Position numbers and translations under genes: made by a program. 64,000 nt of DNA, taken from positions 2,346-66,345 of the forward strand of contig JAKSVI010000003.1 of the NCBI GenBank assembly GCA_024408095.1, in the 5' to 3' direction. Source of the stretch: Bacilli bacterium (GTDB lineage: Bacteria > Bacillota_I > Bacilli_A > RFN20 > CAG-826). A model generated the notes under the pieces. That model did not search any database, was not told the origin of the DNA, and saw only the letters and a program-made list of their open reading frames with translations. Below are positions 27,826 through 36,803 of the stretch, piece after piece (position 1 is the first letter of the stretch; the number at the start of each line of letters is the position of its first letter).

Positions 27826-28657
27826 GGAAGTTTTTGAACAGCTCGTTAAACTTGAACAAGGACAAGTTCTTAAAAACGCTGAGATGAATGATCTTAGCAA
27901 ATTTGGTTATGTTACAGACAACAAAATCAATAACGTTGGTTTGAAAGCACTAGAACCATATCGTGTCAAACGAGTAATTATTATGGCGGCAGGATTTGGC
28001 TCTAGAATGGTTCCAATAACCTTAACAATGCCAAAACCAATGGTTAAGGTTAATGGTGTTAGATTTATTGAAACTCTGATACAAAAATGTGTCAAGCAAG
28101 GGATTTTTGACATAGTTATAGTTAGAGGCTACTTAAAATATAAATTTGATGAGCTTAAAAAGGATTACCCTTTTGTTAAGTTTGTTGATAATGATCTATA
28201 CGAAAAAGAAAACAATATTGCAAGTGCAATACTTATTACAGATTATTTAGAAAACGCTTATTTATGTGAAGCTGATTTTTATATTACTGGTGATGATGTC
28301 ATAAGAAAATATGAATATGAAAATAATTATTTAGGCACAAAAGTACACTCAACTGATGATTGGTGTTTTGATATTGATAATAAAGGGAATGCAATAAATT
28401 ATAGAAAAGGTGGAAATGATTGTGTCCAAGCCTTTGGCATTTCTTATTGGGACAAAGAATCTTCAAAGGTATTAAGAGAAAAATTAAAATTGATGTATTC
28501 GAATATTGAAAATAGACAATTATTCTGGGAAATGTGTATTTTTGATAAATATAAAGAGTTTTTCAATGTAAAACCAAGATACGTAAATAAAGAAAGCATC
28601 GTTGAAATTGATAGTTTCGATGAACTTTGCGCCATAGATCCTTCATATAAAAAATAA
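27818..28657 (+). CDS. LicC-like nucleotidyltransferase with short N-terminal wHTH-like domain
   Basis: ATG at 27818 overlaps the upstream stop by 8 nt. IIMAAGFGSRMVPITLTMPKPMVKV is an NTP-transferase motif. The N-terminal ...GLKALEPYRVKR is paralogous to ...GIKELNNYRVKS of the preceding gene. Confidence 0.75.
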   Translation: MTKEVFEQLVKLEQGQVLKNAEMNDLSKFGYVTDNKINNVGLKALEPYRVKRVIIMAAGFGSRMVPITLTMPKPMVKVNGVRFIETLIQKCVKQGIFDIVIVRGYLKYKFDELKKDYPFVKFVDNDLYEKENNIASAILITDYLENAYLCEADFYITGDDVIRKYEYENNYLGTKVHSTDDWCFDIDNKGNAINYRKGGNDCVQAFGISYWDKESSKVLREKLKLMYSNIENRQLFWEMCIFDKYKEFFNVKPRYVNKESIVEIDSFDELCAIDPSYKK

Positions 28658-28658
28658 A

Positions 28659-28678
28659 AAGGATGCTAATGCATCCTT
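28659..28678. terminator. hairpin between convergent genes (T-tract on the minus strand)
   Basis: AAGGATGC-TAAT-GCATCCTT. The minus-strand transcript would continue into TTTTTATTTTTT. Confidence 0.6.
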
Positions 28679-28699
28679 AATGTCAATATAGAAACGCTA

Positions 28700-28873
28700 T
28701 TATTTAGCTTTTTCTGCTAAGATTTCGCCTCTTCTAACTTTGGCGAGTTTTGCGAGTTCCATTAAAGCTTTTCTTGCTCTTGAGGCACTGACTTTGACGC
28801 CTTTAGTAGTGAATCTTTCATTTTCTGCTACATATGCTTCCATTGCAGCAACAATTTGTTCATGTGTTGACAT
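28700..28873 (-). CDS. 57-aa histone-H1-like basic DNA-binding protein (not in the supplied ORF track)
   Basis: Hand translation: MSTHEQIVAAMEAYVAENERFTTKGVKVSASRARKALMELAKLAKVRRGEILAEKAK. AAGGAG RBS 8 nt upstream and a terminator downstream. The pattern F..KG.K.A..RARKAL.EL.KL.K..R matches bacterial histone-H1-like small proteins as I remember them. Confidence 0.6.
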   Translation of the reverse strand: MSTHEQIVAAMEAYVAENERFTTKGVKVSASRARKALMELAKLAKVRRGEILAEKAK

Positions 28874-29005
28874 TGTAAATATCTCCTTATTTGTTTTAAT
28901 ATTATTATTTTTAGCACTAAAACGCTACAAATTTATTAAAGTATTGCAATCATTTTTACTTTTTAAGAAAAAATGTTTATTATAATAATGTCGAGGTTAA
29001 TATGT

Positions 29006-31078
29006 ATGGACTCAAAATATAACTCACTTTTTACGTCTTGGAAGATAGGTAATGTGGAGATTAAAAACCGCATTGTCATGACTTCAATGGGCGGCACTTC
29101 TCTTTTTGGTTGGATGGAACCTGCTAAATTTGATAAGGAGGCAGCTAAGTTTTTATTAGAAAGAGCAAAGAACAATGTAGGATTAATACTACCAGGTATT
29201 GCACCAGTTAAAAATCCAATGATGGGTGGCTGGCTTTATAGCAATAAAAAAATGTACAAAGATTTAAAAGTATATATGGATGAATTCCATAAAACTGGAG
29301 CTAAATTATTTGTTCAATTAACTGCTGGCTTCGGTCGTAGTATGGCTTTAAATCCTTTAATGGAAAAATGTTCAACAAATAAATTGCTTGGTGGATTAAT
29401 GAAACCAATATTCAATATGAATTGGATAAATGGCGCTCCAAGTGTAACTCCTAATAGATGGACTGAGAAAGTTATGACTCATCCATTAACTCAAAAACAG
29501 ATCAAACAATTAATTGATGCTTTTGCAAAAACTGCTAAATTATGTAAAGATGCTGGAGTTGATGGTATCGAAGTCCACGCTGTTCACGAAGGATACTTAT
29601 TAGATCAATTTACATTAAAATATGCTAACTTAAGATCTGATGAATATGGTGGCAACTTTGAAAATAGATATCGTTTCCCTGTTGAAATAGTTAAAGCTAT
29701 TAAAGAAGTGTGCGGAAAAGATTTCCCTGTCTCACTTCGATATTCAGTAGTTAGTAAAACTAAAGGCTTTGGTAAAGGTGCGTTGCCTATTGAAGGTGAT
29801 AACTATACTGAAGTTGGCCGTGATATGGAAGAAAGTATTAAAGCCGCTAATTATTTAATTGATGCTGGTTACGATATGCTCAACTGTGATAATGGAACAT
29901 ATGATGCTTGGTATTGGGCTCACCCACCAGGATATATGGGAAGAAACTGCAACCTTAAAGAAGTAAGCGAATTAAAGAAACATGTTTCTGTTCCTGTTGT
30001 CTGCGCTGGAAATATGGATGCTGATGCTTCAAGTTTAGCAATTGAAAAAGGCTATATCGATGCAATGGGTGTTGCAAGACAATTCCTTGTTGATCCAGCG
30101 TGGGTAACAAAACTCAAAGAGGGAAAAGAAAAAGATATTCATCCATGTATAGAATGTCATAATGGTTGTTTCAATATGTGTCACTACAAAGGTGTACCAA
30201 ATGATCAATCGTTAAATGATGCATTACATATGGCAAGATGTGCATTAAATCCCGAAACAATGCAATCAAAAAAATACTTCATTAAAAAGGCTAAAAAGAT
30301 TAAAAAAGTTGCTGTTGTTGGTGGTGGTATTGGCGGTATGGAAAGTGCAATAACACTAGCAAAACGCGGACATAATGTCACATTATTTGAAAAAACTAAT
30401 GAATTAGGAGGCGTGTTTATTTTAGCAGCAGCCCCATCATTTAAAGCCTCTGATAGAAGATTAATTTCTTGGTATAAAGATGAACTAAAGAAATATCCAA
30501 ATATCGAAATAAAATTGAATACAGAAGTTAAATGCGGATGTGAATTATTAAAAGAATTTAATGATGTTATTATTGCTACTGGCAGTAAAGCAAATACATT
30601 AAAATTAGCTGGCAGTGAAAGAGTCATTGAAGCTTGCAAATTCTTAGCAGGGGATATGAAAAAAGCTGGCAACAACCCAATCATAATTGGTGGTGGTTTA
30701 ACAGGCTGTGAAATTGCTTACGAACTTTGTTTGTTAGGCAAAAAACCAACAATCATTGAAATGAAGAATGATTTAATCGCCGCTAAAGGTGTCTGCCTTG
30801 CTAACTCTTCTTATCTTAGAGATTATTTCGAATATGCAAAAACACCTGTTTATTTAGAAACAAGCGTTAAATCAATTACAAAAGATGGTGTTGTTGTAGT
30901 TGATAAATCTGGAAAAGAATTTGAAATTAAAGGCGATGAAGTTATCTCATCAATTGGTTACAAACCAATGCCTTTAAATAAAAAGAGTGGTCGTATCCAC
31001 TTAGTTGGTGATTGCTACTCTGTAGGCAATCTAAGAACAGTCATCTGGCGCAGCTGGGATGTCTGTATGAAAATTTAG
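29006..31078 (+). CDS. Old-Yellow-Enzyme-family flavin/Fe-S oxidoreductase (2-enoate or 2,4-dienoyl-CoA reductase type)
   Basis: ATG at 29006 follows GAGG. OYE barrel N-domain (NRIVMTSMGG, HAVHEGYLLDQF), Fe-S motif CIECHNGC, and a C-terminal FAD/NAD fold VAVVGGGIGGME. Confidence 0.8.
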   Translation: MDSKYNSLFTSWKIGNVEIKNRIVMTSMGGTSLFGWMEPAKFDKEAAKFLLERAKNNVGLILPGIAPVKNPMMGGWLYSNKKMYKDLKVYMDEFHKTGAKLFVQLTAGFGRSMALNPLMEKCSTNKLLGGLMKPIFNMNWINGAPSVTPNRWTEKVMTHPLTQKQIKQLIDAFAKTAKLCKDAGVDGIEVHAVHEGYLLDQFTLKYANLRSDEYGGNFENRYRFPVEIVKAIKEVCGKDFPVSLRYSVVSKTKGFGKGALPIEGDNYTEVGRDMEESIKAANYLIDAGYDMLNCDNGTYDAWYWAHPPGYMGRNCNLKEVSELKKHVSVPVVCAGNMDADASSLAIEKGYIDAMGVARQFLVDPAWVTKLKEGKEKDIHPCIECHNGCFNMCHYKGVPNDQSLNDALHMARCALNPETMQSKKYFIKKAKKIKKVAVVGGGIGGMESAITLAKRGHNVTLFEKTNELGGVFILAAAPSFKASDRRLISWYKDELKKYPNIEIKLNTEVKCGCELLKEFNDVIIATGSKANTLKLAGSERVIEACKFLAGDMKKAGNNPIIIGGGLTGCEIAYELCLLGKKPTIIEMKNDLIAAKGVCLANSSYLRDYFEYAKTPVYLETSVKSITKDGVVVVDKSGKEFEIKGDEVISSIGYKPMPLNKKSGRIHLVGDCYSVGNLRTVIWRSWDVCMKI

Positions 31079-31090
31079 GGAGGAATTTAT

Positions 31091-32389
31091 ATGTATACAC
31101 CTAAAATGAAATTAACTAAAGAACAACAAGAAATTTTAGAAGGTAAGCAAGGCGAAGTTAAAGCTAAAATTATGGAAACCATCGTTAGATATGGTGACAT
31201 ATTTGACGCTCCAGAATTAGTAGCAGTTACTCACCCTTGTTGTCACTTAGTTACATCTTTCGGCATGCCTTTATTAAAACCGGTTTATCGAATTATGGAT
31301 CAAATGATTAATGAAGGAATAAAAGTTCCTGGTGGATTTACAATGGATCCAAGACCTTTGGATTATAAAAATGTTAAATGTAGTCCACTTGAAAGGTTAG
31401 TATTTGATCTTGTCATGTATGGAAAACAAAAAGATTATGAAGAACAATTAACAAAACTTGGATTAGTCGATAAAGACTCATTCACATGTGCTTGTTATTT
31501 TAAAGAGAACGCCAATATACCTAAAAAAGGTGATGTTATTTCCTGGGCTGAAAGCAGCGCTGTTAACTATGCAAACTCAGTTTTAGGAGCTAGATGTAAT
31601 AGAAATAGCGGCATGATTGATATATTTGGTGCTGCTATTGGTTTTGTTCCAAAATTTGGTTTAGTTACTGACGAAGGAAGAAAAGCTACTTGGAAAGTGA
31701 CGCTTAAATTAACAAAAATGCCAGAAGCTCAAATCTTGGGAAGTGCTATTGGTATGAAAGTCTTAGAAGAAGTGCCATATGTTGTTGGATTAGACAAATG
31801 GATTGGTACAGAACTTAATGACCAAGCTTTAGACTTCTTGAAAGATTTTGGTGCTGCTACTGCAAGTAATGGTGCTGTTGGTTTATATCATATTGATAAG
31901 TTAACTCCAGAAGCAAAAGAACAAGGTGAGAAATTATTAGCAAAAGATTATAAAGAATATGTTATTGATGATGCAGAATTGGAAAGAGTATATAAGAATT
32001 ATCCAGTTATGTGGAAAGACAAAACCAAAGAAGGAAATTTAGCCTTTATCGGATGTCCACATCTTTCTTTATCTCAATTAAATGAATGGACTGAAAAAAT
32101 CACAAAAGCCTTAAAAGATAACAACAAAAAGAAGGTCCAAATTAGAACAATTATTTGTACAGCTCCAAAAGTTAAAGAAGTATTCATGAAAACTGAAAAT
32201 TATGAAAAACTTATGCAAACCGGCGCTAAATTAACTTGTATTTGTCCATTAATGTATTCAAATAACCCTCTAACAAAGAAGAGAAGAATCGTTACTTCTA
32301 GCAATAAACTTAGAACATATACACTTGCTAGGTATTACAAGACTGATGAGTTAATCAACATTATCAGCGGTAGAAAGGAAGTTAAATAA
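31091..32389 (+). CDS. aconitase X catalytic subunit (DUF521)
   Basis: GGGAGGA RBS. The N-terminus MKLTKEQQEILEGKQGEVKAKIMETIVRYGDIFDAPELV is typical of DUF521. It is paired with a DUF126 gene. Confidence 0.7.
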   Translation: MYTPKMKLTKEQQEILEGKQGEVKAKIMETIVRYGDIFDAPELVAVTHPCCHLVTSFGMPLLKPVYRIMDQMINEGIKVPGGFTMDPRPLDYKNVKCSPLERLVFDLVMYGKQKDYEEQLTKLGLVDKDSFTCACYFKENANIPKKGDVISWAESSAVNYANSVLGARCNRNSGMIDIFGAAIGFVPKFGLVTDEGRKATWKVTLKLTKMPEAQILGSAIGMKVLEEVPYVVGLDKWIGTELNDQALDFLKDFGAATASNGAVGLYHIDKLTPEAKEQGEKLLAKDYKEYVIDDAELERVYKNYPVMWKDKTKEGNLAFIGCPHLSLSQLNEWTEKITKALKDNNKKKVQIRTIICTAPKVKEVFMKTENYEKLMQTGAKLTCICPLMYSNNPLTKKRRIVTSSNKLRTYTLARYYKTDELINIISGRKEVK

Positions 32390-32391
32390 TT

Positions 32392-32832
32392 ATGAAGAAA
32401 TTTAATGGTAGAGTTTTAGCTCCTGGAAGTTATAAAGGCAAATGTATTGTTTCACATTATGGTCTTAATACATTAGCAACGTTCCAATCATCCGCGATTA
32501 AAGGTTCTAAAAATGTTATTGCTAGTGACCAAAACAATCCTGATTTGTATGGAAAAAACATCACTGGTATCGCACTATGCTTACCACAAACAATAGGCTC
32601 AACAACCGGTGGAATGGTTCTTCAAGTTATTTGCTCAATGAAAACTAATCCAGCATGTTTGTTATTCTCGGAGTCAATTGACTCTTTAGCTGCTGCAGGA
32701 ACTGTCCTTGCAGTTGTTTGGGAGAAAAGCGACATCATTGTTATTGATGGATTAGGTAAAGAATTCCTTGAAACTGTTAAGGATACTGATACACTAGAAG
32801 TATCTCCTGATGGAACAGTAACAATTTTATAA
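32392..32832 (+). CDS. aconitase X swivel-domain subunit (DUF126)
   Basis: 146 aa, 2 nt after the DUF521 gene. The G.vl.pG...G pattern, then GSTTGGMVL and AAGTVLA, as in DUF126. Confidence 0.7.
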   Translation: MKKFNGRVLAPGSYKGKCIVSHYGLNTLATFQSSAIKGSKNVIASDQNNPDLYGKNITGIALCLPQTIGSTTGGMVLQVICSMKTNPACLLFSESIDSLAAAGTVLAVVWEKSDIIVIDGLGKEFLETVKDTDTLEVSPDGTVTIL

Positions 32833-32846
32833 TTTAATTTATAAAA

Positions 32847-32873
32847 AATAGCGTTTATCTATCGCTATTTTTC
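32847..32873 (+). terminator. intrinsic terminator
   Basis: AATAGCG-(9 nt loop)-CGCTATT followed by TTTTCATTT. Confidence 0.55.
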
Positions 32874-32929
32874 ATTTAACTTGAAAATAAATATTAATTT
32901 AATTAGGATATAGGCTCGAGGTATTGAAT

Positions 32930-33634
32930 ATGAATCAAAAGATTATTCAAAAAAGATTGTTAATATCGGCCTTGATATTATTAGTGGCCACAATTTTATT
33001 TACTATTTTAGTTAAATGTATAGATGTTGTTAACTATCATCCAATTGTTGTTGAAACATTAGAGCCATATAAAGATTCTATTCAAGTAGGATTTAGTCAA
33101 TTAAACTTATTTGTTAATGGAAAAATTGGATATCACTCTCTTCCATATAAGTTATCAACTGTTTTAGGTTATGTAGCATTTGCCCCTGTTGCTGTTTTTG
33201 GGCTTATAGGACTTATTCAATTAATAAAGAGAAAATCTCTTAAAAAGGTTGATCATCACATTTTGGTTCTTGGTGTTTTTTATATTGTTGTTTTAATTGT
33301 TTATTTTGCTTTTAAATTCATACATATAAACTATCGTCCAATTATAAAAGATGGAAAATTAGAAGAAGGATTTCCTAGCAGTCATACAATGCTCGCAGTA
33401 TGCACTATGACTTCATTAATTGTTGAAATTAGATTCTTCACTAAGAATATGAAAATTAAGATTGCAACAGATGTTGTTTCCATCTTATTTATGTTAGGGA
33501 TTTTAGGTTGTAGATTTGCTGCTGGAGTTCACTGGGCTAGCGACATAATTGGTGGCTTATTATTCAGTGTAACTTTATTATTGTTTTATCTTTGGGGATT
33601 GCTCAAATTTAAACCAATTGAGACTGAGAAATAA
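32930..33634 (+). CDS. PAP2-family phosphatase (membrane)
   Basis: ATG at 32930 lies 8 nt after GAGG. PAP2 motifs FPSSHT and GVHWASDIIGG. Multiple TM helices. Confidence 0.8.
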   Translation: MNQKIIQKRLLISALILLVATILFTILVKCIDVVNYHPIVVETLEPYKDSIQVGFSQLNLFVNGKIGYHSLPYKLSTVLGYVAFAPVAVFGLIGLIQLIKRKSLKKVDHHILVLGVFYIVVLIVYFAFKFIHINYRPIIKDGKLEEGFPSSHTMLAVCTMTSLIVEIRFFTKNMKIKIATDVVSILFMLGILGCRFAAGVHWASDIIGGLLFSVTLLLFYLWGLLKFKPIETEK

Positions 33635-33636
33635 TG

Positions 33637-33666
33637 AAAAAAACCTTTAGATCAAAGGTTTTTTTC
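33637..33666. terminator. bidirectional intrinsic terminator
   Basis: AAAAAAACCTTT-AGATC-AAAGGTTTTTTT between convergent genes. Confidence 0.75.
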
Positions 33667-33675
33667 TTGAATTCG

Positions 33676-34569
33676 TTATTTTTTAAATAGCTCTTTATAT
33701 CGTTTGTCAATATAATCAAATGTTTCAATATAGCATTCAAAGAACCCTCTAGTTTCTTTAGTAATAACCTTACCTTCACTGGGCATTTTTTTAATATTTT
33801 CTAGATCATATTTGCCATTAACTTTCCATCCTTGTAGAAAGCCCATAAAGTATGCATCTTTTGGGCACATAAAACAGCATCGCATACAGCTTTCGCAGTG
33901 GTGGTGGAATCTCACCCTATTGTTCTTGTCGAAATATATGTTATTTCTTGGGCAGCTATTAACGCAAAGGCCACATTTATTACATTTGTTTTTATCAACT
34001 CTATATAGAAAACTATTAATTGGTCCACAAATATAAACTAATCTCACAAAGAAAGTTATGAATTTATGGATGAATTTGTATTTCTTTATATTATTTATTT
34101 TGTTAGTGACTTCGTAAACGATAATGTCTGCTAGTTTGTCGTTATATTCTAGCATTTCGCGAATTAAGTTATCTTCAAATCTGAAATGGATATTATAAGG
34201 CATCACAAAGTGATATTCATTCGTGAACTTGATGTGATGTCTTTTAAACCAGTTAAAAATTGAATAACTGCTCGCATCATTTGCGTGCATTGTTTCACCT
34301 GAATCTTTGTAAAAGAAATATTGACTGTTAATATTCCATTGTTGATGTCTTAACCATTTATTTATGAAATGAGGAATATTAAAACCATAAATCGGATAAC
34401 CAACACCAATTAAATCATAATGAAAAACATCTACTTTTTTAGGTGTTTTATAGTCAAGTTCTAGTGTTGTGACTTCATAACCCAGGGATTCAAATCTAGT
34501 TTTGAGGAGGTTTGTGGTATAACGTGTATTAAACGTTCCAGTCCAATATACTAATAATATTTTTTTCAT
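33676..34569 (-). CDS. EFR1-family ferredoxin (flavodoxin-like N-domain + 2x[4Fe-4S])
   Basis: MKKILLVYWTGTFNTRY flavodoxin-like start. CNKCGLCVNSCP and CESCMRCCFMCP cluster motifs. Confidence 0.75.
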   Translation of the reverse strand: MKKILLVYWTGTFNTRYTTNLLKTRFESLGYEVTTLELDYKTPKKVDVFHYDLIGVGYPIYGFNIPHFINKWLRHQQWNINSQYFFYKDSGETMHANDASSYSIFNWFKRHHIKFTNEYHFVMPYNIHFRFEDNLIREMLEYNDKLADIIVYEVTNKINNIKKYKFIHKFITFFVRLVYICGPINSFLYRVDKNKCNKCGLCVNSCPRNNIYFDKNNRVRFHHHCESCMRCCFMCPKDAYFMGFLQGWKVNGKYDLENIKKMPSEGKVITKETRGFFECYIETFDYIDKRYKELFKK

Positions 34570-34571
34570 AA

Positions 34572-36056
34572 TTAAAGTCTGTCTACGAGTGTTGGATAAT
34601 CAATAAATGGATTTCTATTTCCTTGTACATTGAAAGCCCCTTCGTTTCTTTGTTTTTCAATATCATCTACCGGATCAATAGCATTCCAATATTTTAAAAT
34701 TTTCATTGCTTGATTAACGTTAGTTGCAACAACTAAACAATATAAACATAATCCGCCAGTATATTGTCTTTGTTCTATACCAGAAAATCCGCTGTTATAG
34801 TGCATATATGTGTATAAGACAATACGAGCTACATCGCCTTTTATTTTATCTGGAACTTCCCATGTTGTTTCTGTGTATTTTATTGGAGAGCCATAAGTTG
34901 TATCTATAGTGCTGCTTTTATATCCAAATAAAGAGCCAAATTGAAGGCTGCTTCTTGTTGAATTAACATTTTTATATGTTGGTCTTATATGGTGTAGATC
35001 ACAACCCCCGCCAGTTTCTCCCCAAAGTTGTTCTTGACTTCCTGGATATGGTATAGATAGAGATTGAGCCCAAACATGTTCTCTATTTGTGTTAGATTTC
35101 GAATATGTTTTTCCAGTGTAAAAGCACTTATAATAGCTTCCACTCGTTTCTCCGGTTTTGCTATACCCACTATATAAACCGTTATAAGTCATTTTTGAGA
35201 AATCATGGGTTTCAAACATCTTGGTTTGCAAATTTGACATCAATGTATTTCCTGAAACAGATAAATCAACATTGTTGTAATAATTTCCAGAATATGTATC
35301 TGAACCAGGATATGGAATTGAAGGAATAGATTTGCCCATAGGTGTGTATCCAACTACATAGCCCTGAAATTCTTTTATATTTTTCCACGATTGATATATG
35401 GTGTAGATACCTTCAATAATAACTTCATCGCCAGCGTGTATTTTGCCATCAAGAGATCCATATGATTTTTGTTCTACATAACTATATGTATTTCCATTTT
35501 TTTGAATTGAACTTTTTGTTGAACCGCATCCATAAACTTCTATATATCCAGATGCATCAGAAATATCAAAAACACCCTTTGTAGAGTATGTATTTTGTTC
35601 AACTATGCCTTTTATTCTATATAAATGTGTTGTATCGCTAGAACTTTTGTTAATTAATGTCGAAATTGAAACTTCTATTGCTTCCGGACTAGGATCGTTA
35701 ACTGCCTTATAGTCAGTGTGTTCTTGTTCTACAGTTAGCGATAAACTTCCTTCAACGTTATCAACTGAGTTCCAAGCGTGTAAGTATGTTGACCCTGCAG
35801 AAACGCCAGTAACTAGACCATTGTTATCAACACTGGCAATAGTTGTGCTGTCGCTTGACCATGTTAACAAGCCAGAATAATTCGTTGTAGTGATTTGAAG
35901 AGTTTTTCCTACTTTCACCACTGGATTTGTAGGAGAAAAAGTTAATTCTACTTTTGGTTTGGGAGGTGGATCAGGTGGATTATCTGATCCCGGAGTGGAA
36001 TTACATCCTGTTCCTAACAAAAGGAGGGGTAATATAAGGAGTGCTATTTTTTTCAT
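34572..36056 (-). CDS. surface lipoprotein: Big_2 domain + OB-like domain + endonuclease I
   Basis: Signal with Cys (LLLLGTGCNS). Ig-like VKVGKTLQITT...ASVDNNGLVTGVSAGS. Endonuclease I motifs NREHVWAQS, DLHHIRP and GNRNPFIDYP. An alternative start is at 36077. Confidence 0.8.
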   Translation of the reverse strand: MKKIALLILPLLLLGTGCNSTPGSDNPPDPPPKPKVELTFSPTNPVVKVGKTLQITTTNYSGLLTWSSDSTTIASVDNNGLVTGVSAGSTYLHAWNSVDNVEGSLSLTVEQEHTDYKAVNDPSPEAIEVSISTLINKSSSDTTHLYRIKGIVEQNTYSTKGVFDISDASGYIEVYGCGSTKSSIQKNGNTYSYVEQKSYGSLDGKIHAGDEVIIEGIYTIYQSWKNIKEFQGYVVGYTPMGKSIPSIPYPGSDTYSGNYYNNVDLSVSGNTLMSNLQTKMFETHDFSKMTYNGLYSGYSKTGETSGSYYKCFYTGKTYSKSNTNREHVWAQSLSIPYPGSQEQLWGETGGGCDLHHIRPTYKNVNSTRSSLQFGSLFGYKSSTIDTTYGSPIKYTETTWEVPDKIKGDVARIVLYTYMHYNSGFSGIEQRQYTGGLCLYCLVVATNVNQAMKILKYWNAIDPVDDIEKQRNEGAFNVQGNRNPFIDYPTLVDRL

Positions 36057-36132
36057 ATGTTTGTTTATATTATACATTTTCTGTGGAGATAAATATATTT
36101 ATTTAATTTTGTTTGAGTGATATAATCTTTGC

Positions 36133-36801
36133 ATGAATATTGCGATAATTTTGCTTGGAGGAAATGGTAATAGATTTGGTTATGCCGTTCCAAAACAATT
36201 TTTAGTATTTCAAAATAAACCTCTATATATTTATACCTTAGAAACATTTAATAATAACCAAAATATTGATCAAATCATTGTTGTTTCAAAAGGTGAATAT
36301 ATAAATCAAATTTTATTAGATTTAAAAACATATAAACTAAATAAAGTAAGCGACGTTATTAGTGGTGGTAAAACACGACAAGAAAGCGTGTTTAAAGGAT
36401 TACACTGCAAATATTTTAATGATGATGACGTTATTCTTATTCACGATGGAGATAGAGTAAATGTTTCTAATGAAATAGTAGATAATAACATTAAAGCTAT
36501 TAGAAATAATCCTGCTGTTTTAACCGCTTATAAAGAAACCGACACAGTTTATTTAAAAAACGATGATAAATCTCTAACTAGATTAGATAGAAATTCAATA
36601 TATCATGCTCAAACACCCCAAACTTTTAAATATATATTGATAAAGAATTTGCATGAGAAATATCAAAATCAAAATTTTACTGATGATATTTCATTAGCAA
36701 TTGAAGAAGGTATTAAACCATTTATTGTGTCAGGCAATAAAAATAATATAAAAATTACAATTCCAGAAGACTTAGAAATTTTAGGGACAATAAAAAATTA
36801 A
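36133..36801 (+). CDS. IspD/TarI-family cytidylyltransferase
   Basis: IAIILLGGNGNRFGYAVPKQFL and GGKTRQES motifs. I cannot tell MEP cytidylyltransferase from ribitol-5-P cytidylyltransferase. Confidence 0.75.
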   Translation: MNIAIILLGGNGNRFGYAVPKQFLVFQNKPLYIYTLETFNNNQNIDQIIVVSKGEYINQILLDLKTYKLNKVSDVISGGKTRQESVFKGLHCKYFNDDDVILIHDGDRVNVSNEIVDNNIKAIRNNPAVLTAYKETDTVYLKNDDKSLTRLDRNSIYHAQTPQTFKYILIKNLHEKYQNQNFTDDISLAIEEGIKPFIVSGNKNNIKITIPEDLEILGTIKN

Positions 36802-36803
36802 TT

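Noticed and set aside
28740-28985. 81-aa plus-strand ORF
   Set aside because: It is the antisense shadow of the well-supported minus-strand histone-H1-like gene. It starts on a non-ATG codon, lacks an RBS and gives a low-complexity hydrophobic translation.
30205-30684. 159-aa minus-strand ORF, and the many other 60-110-aa antisense ORFs in the track (e.g. 1328-1519, 4036-4629, 13121-13345, 37685-37966, 38927-39262, 51236-51547, 52402-52719, 54059-54352, 60306-60581)
   Set aside because: All lie fully inside long, motif-supported genes on the opposite strand. They lack RBSs and have the Leu/Ser/Phe-rich composition expected of antisense frames in AT-rich DNA.
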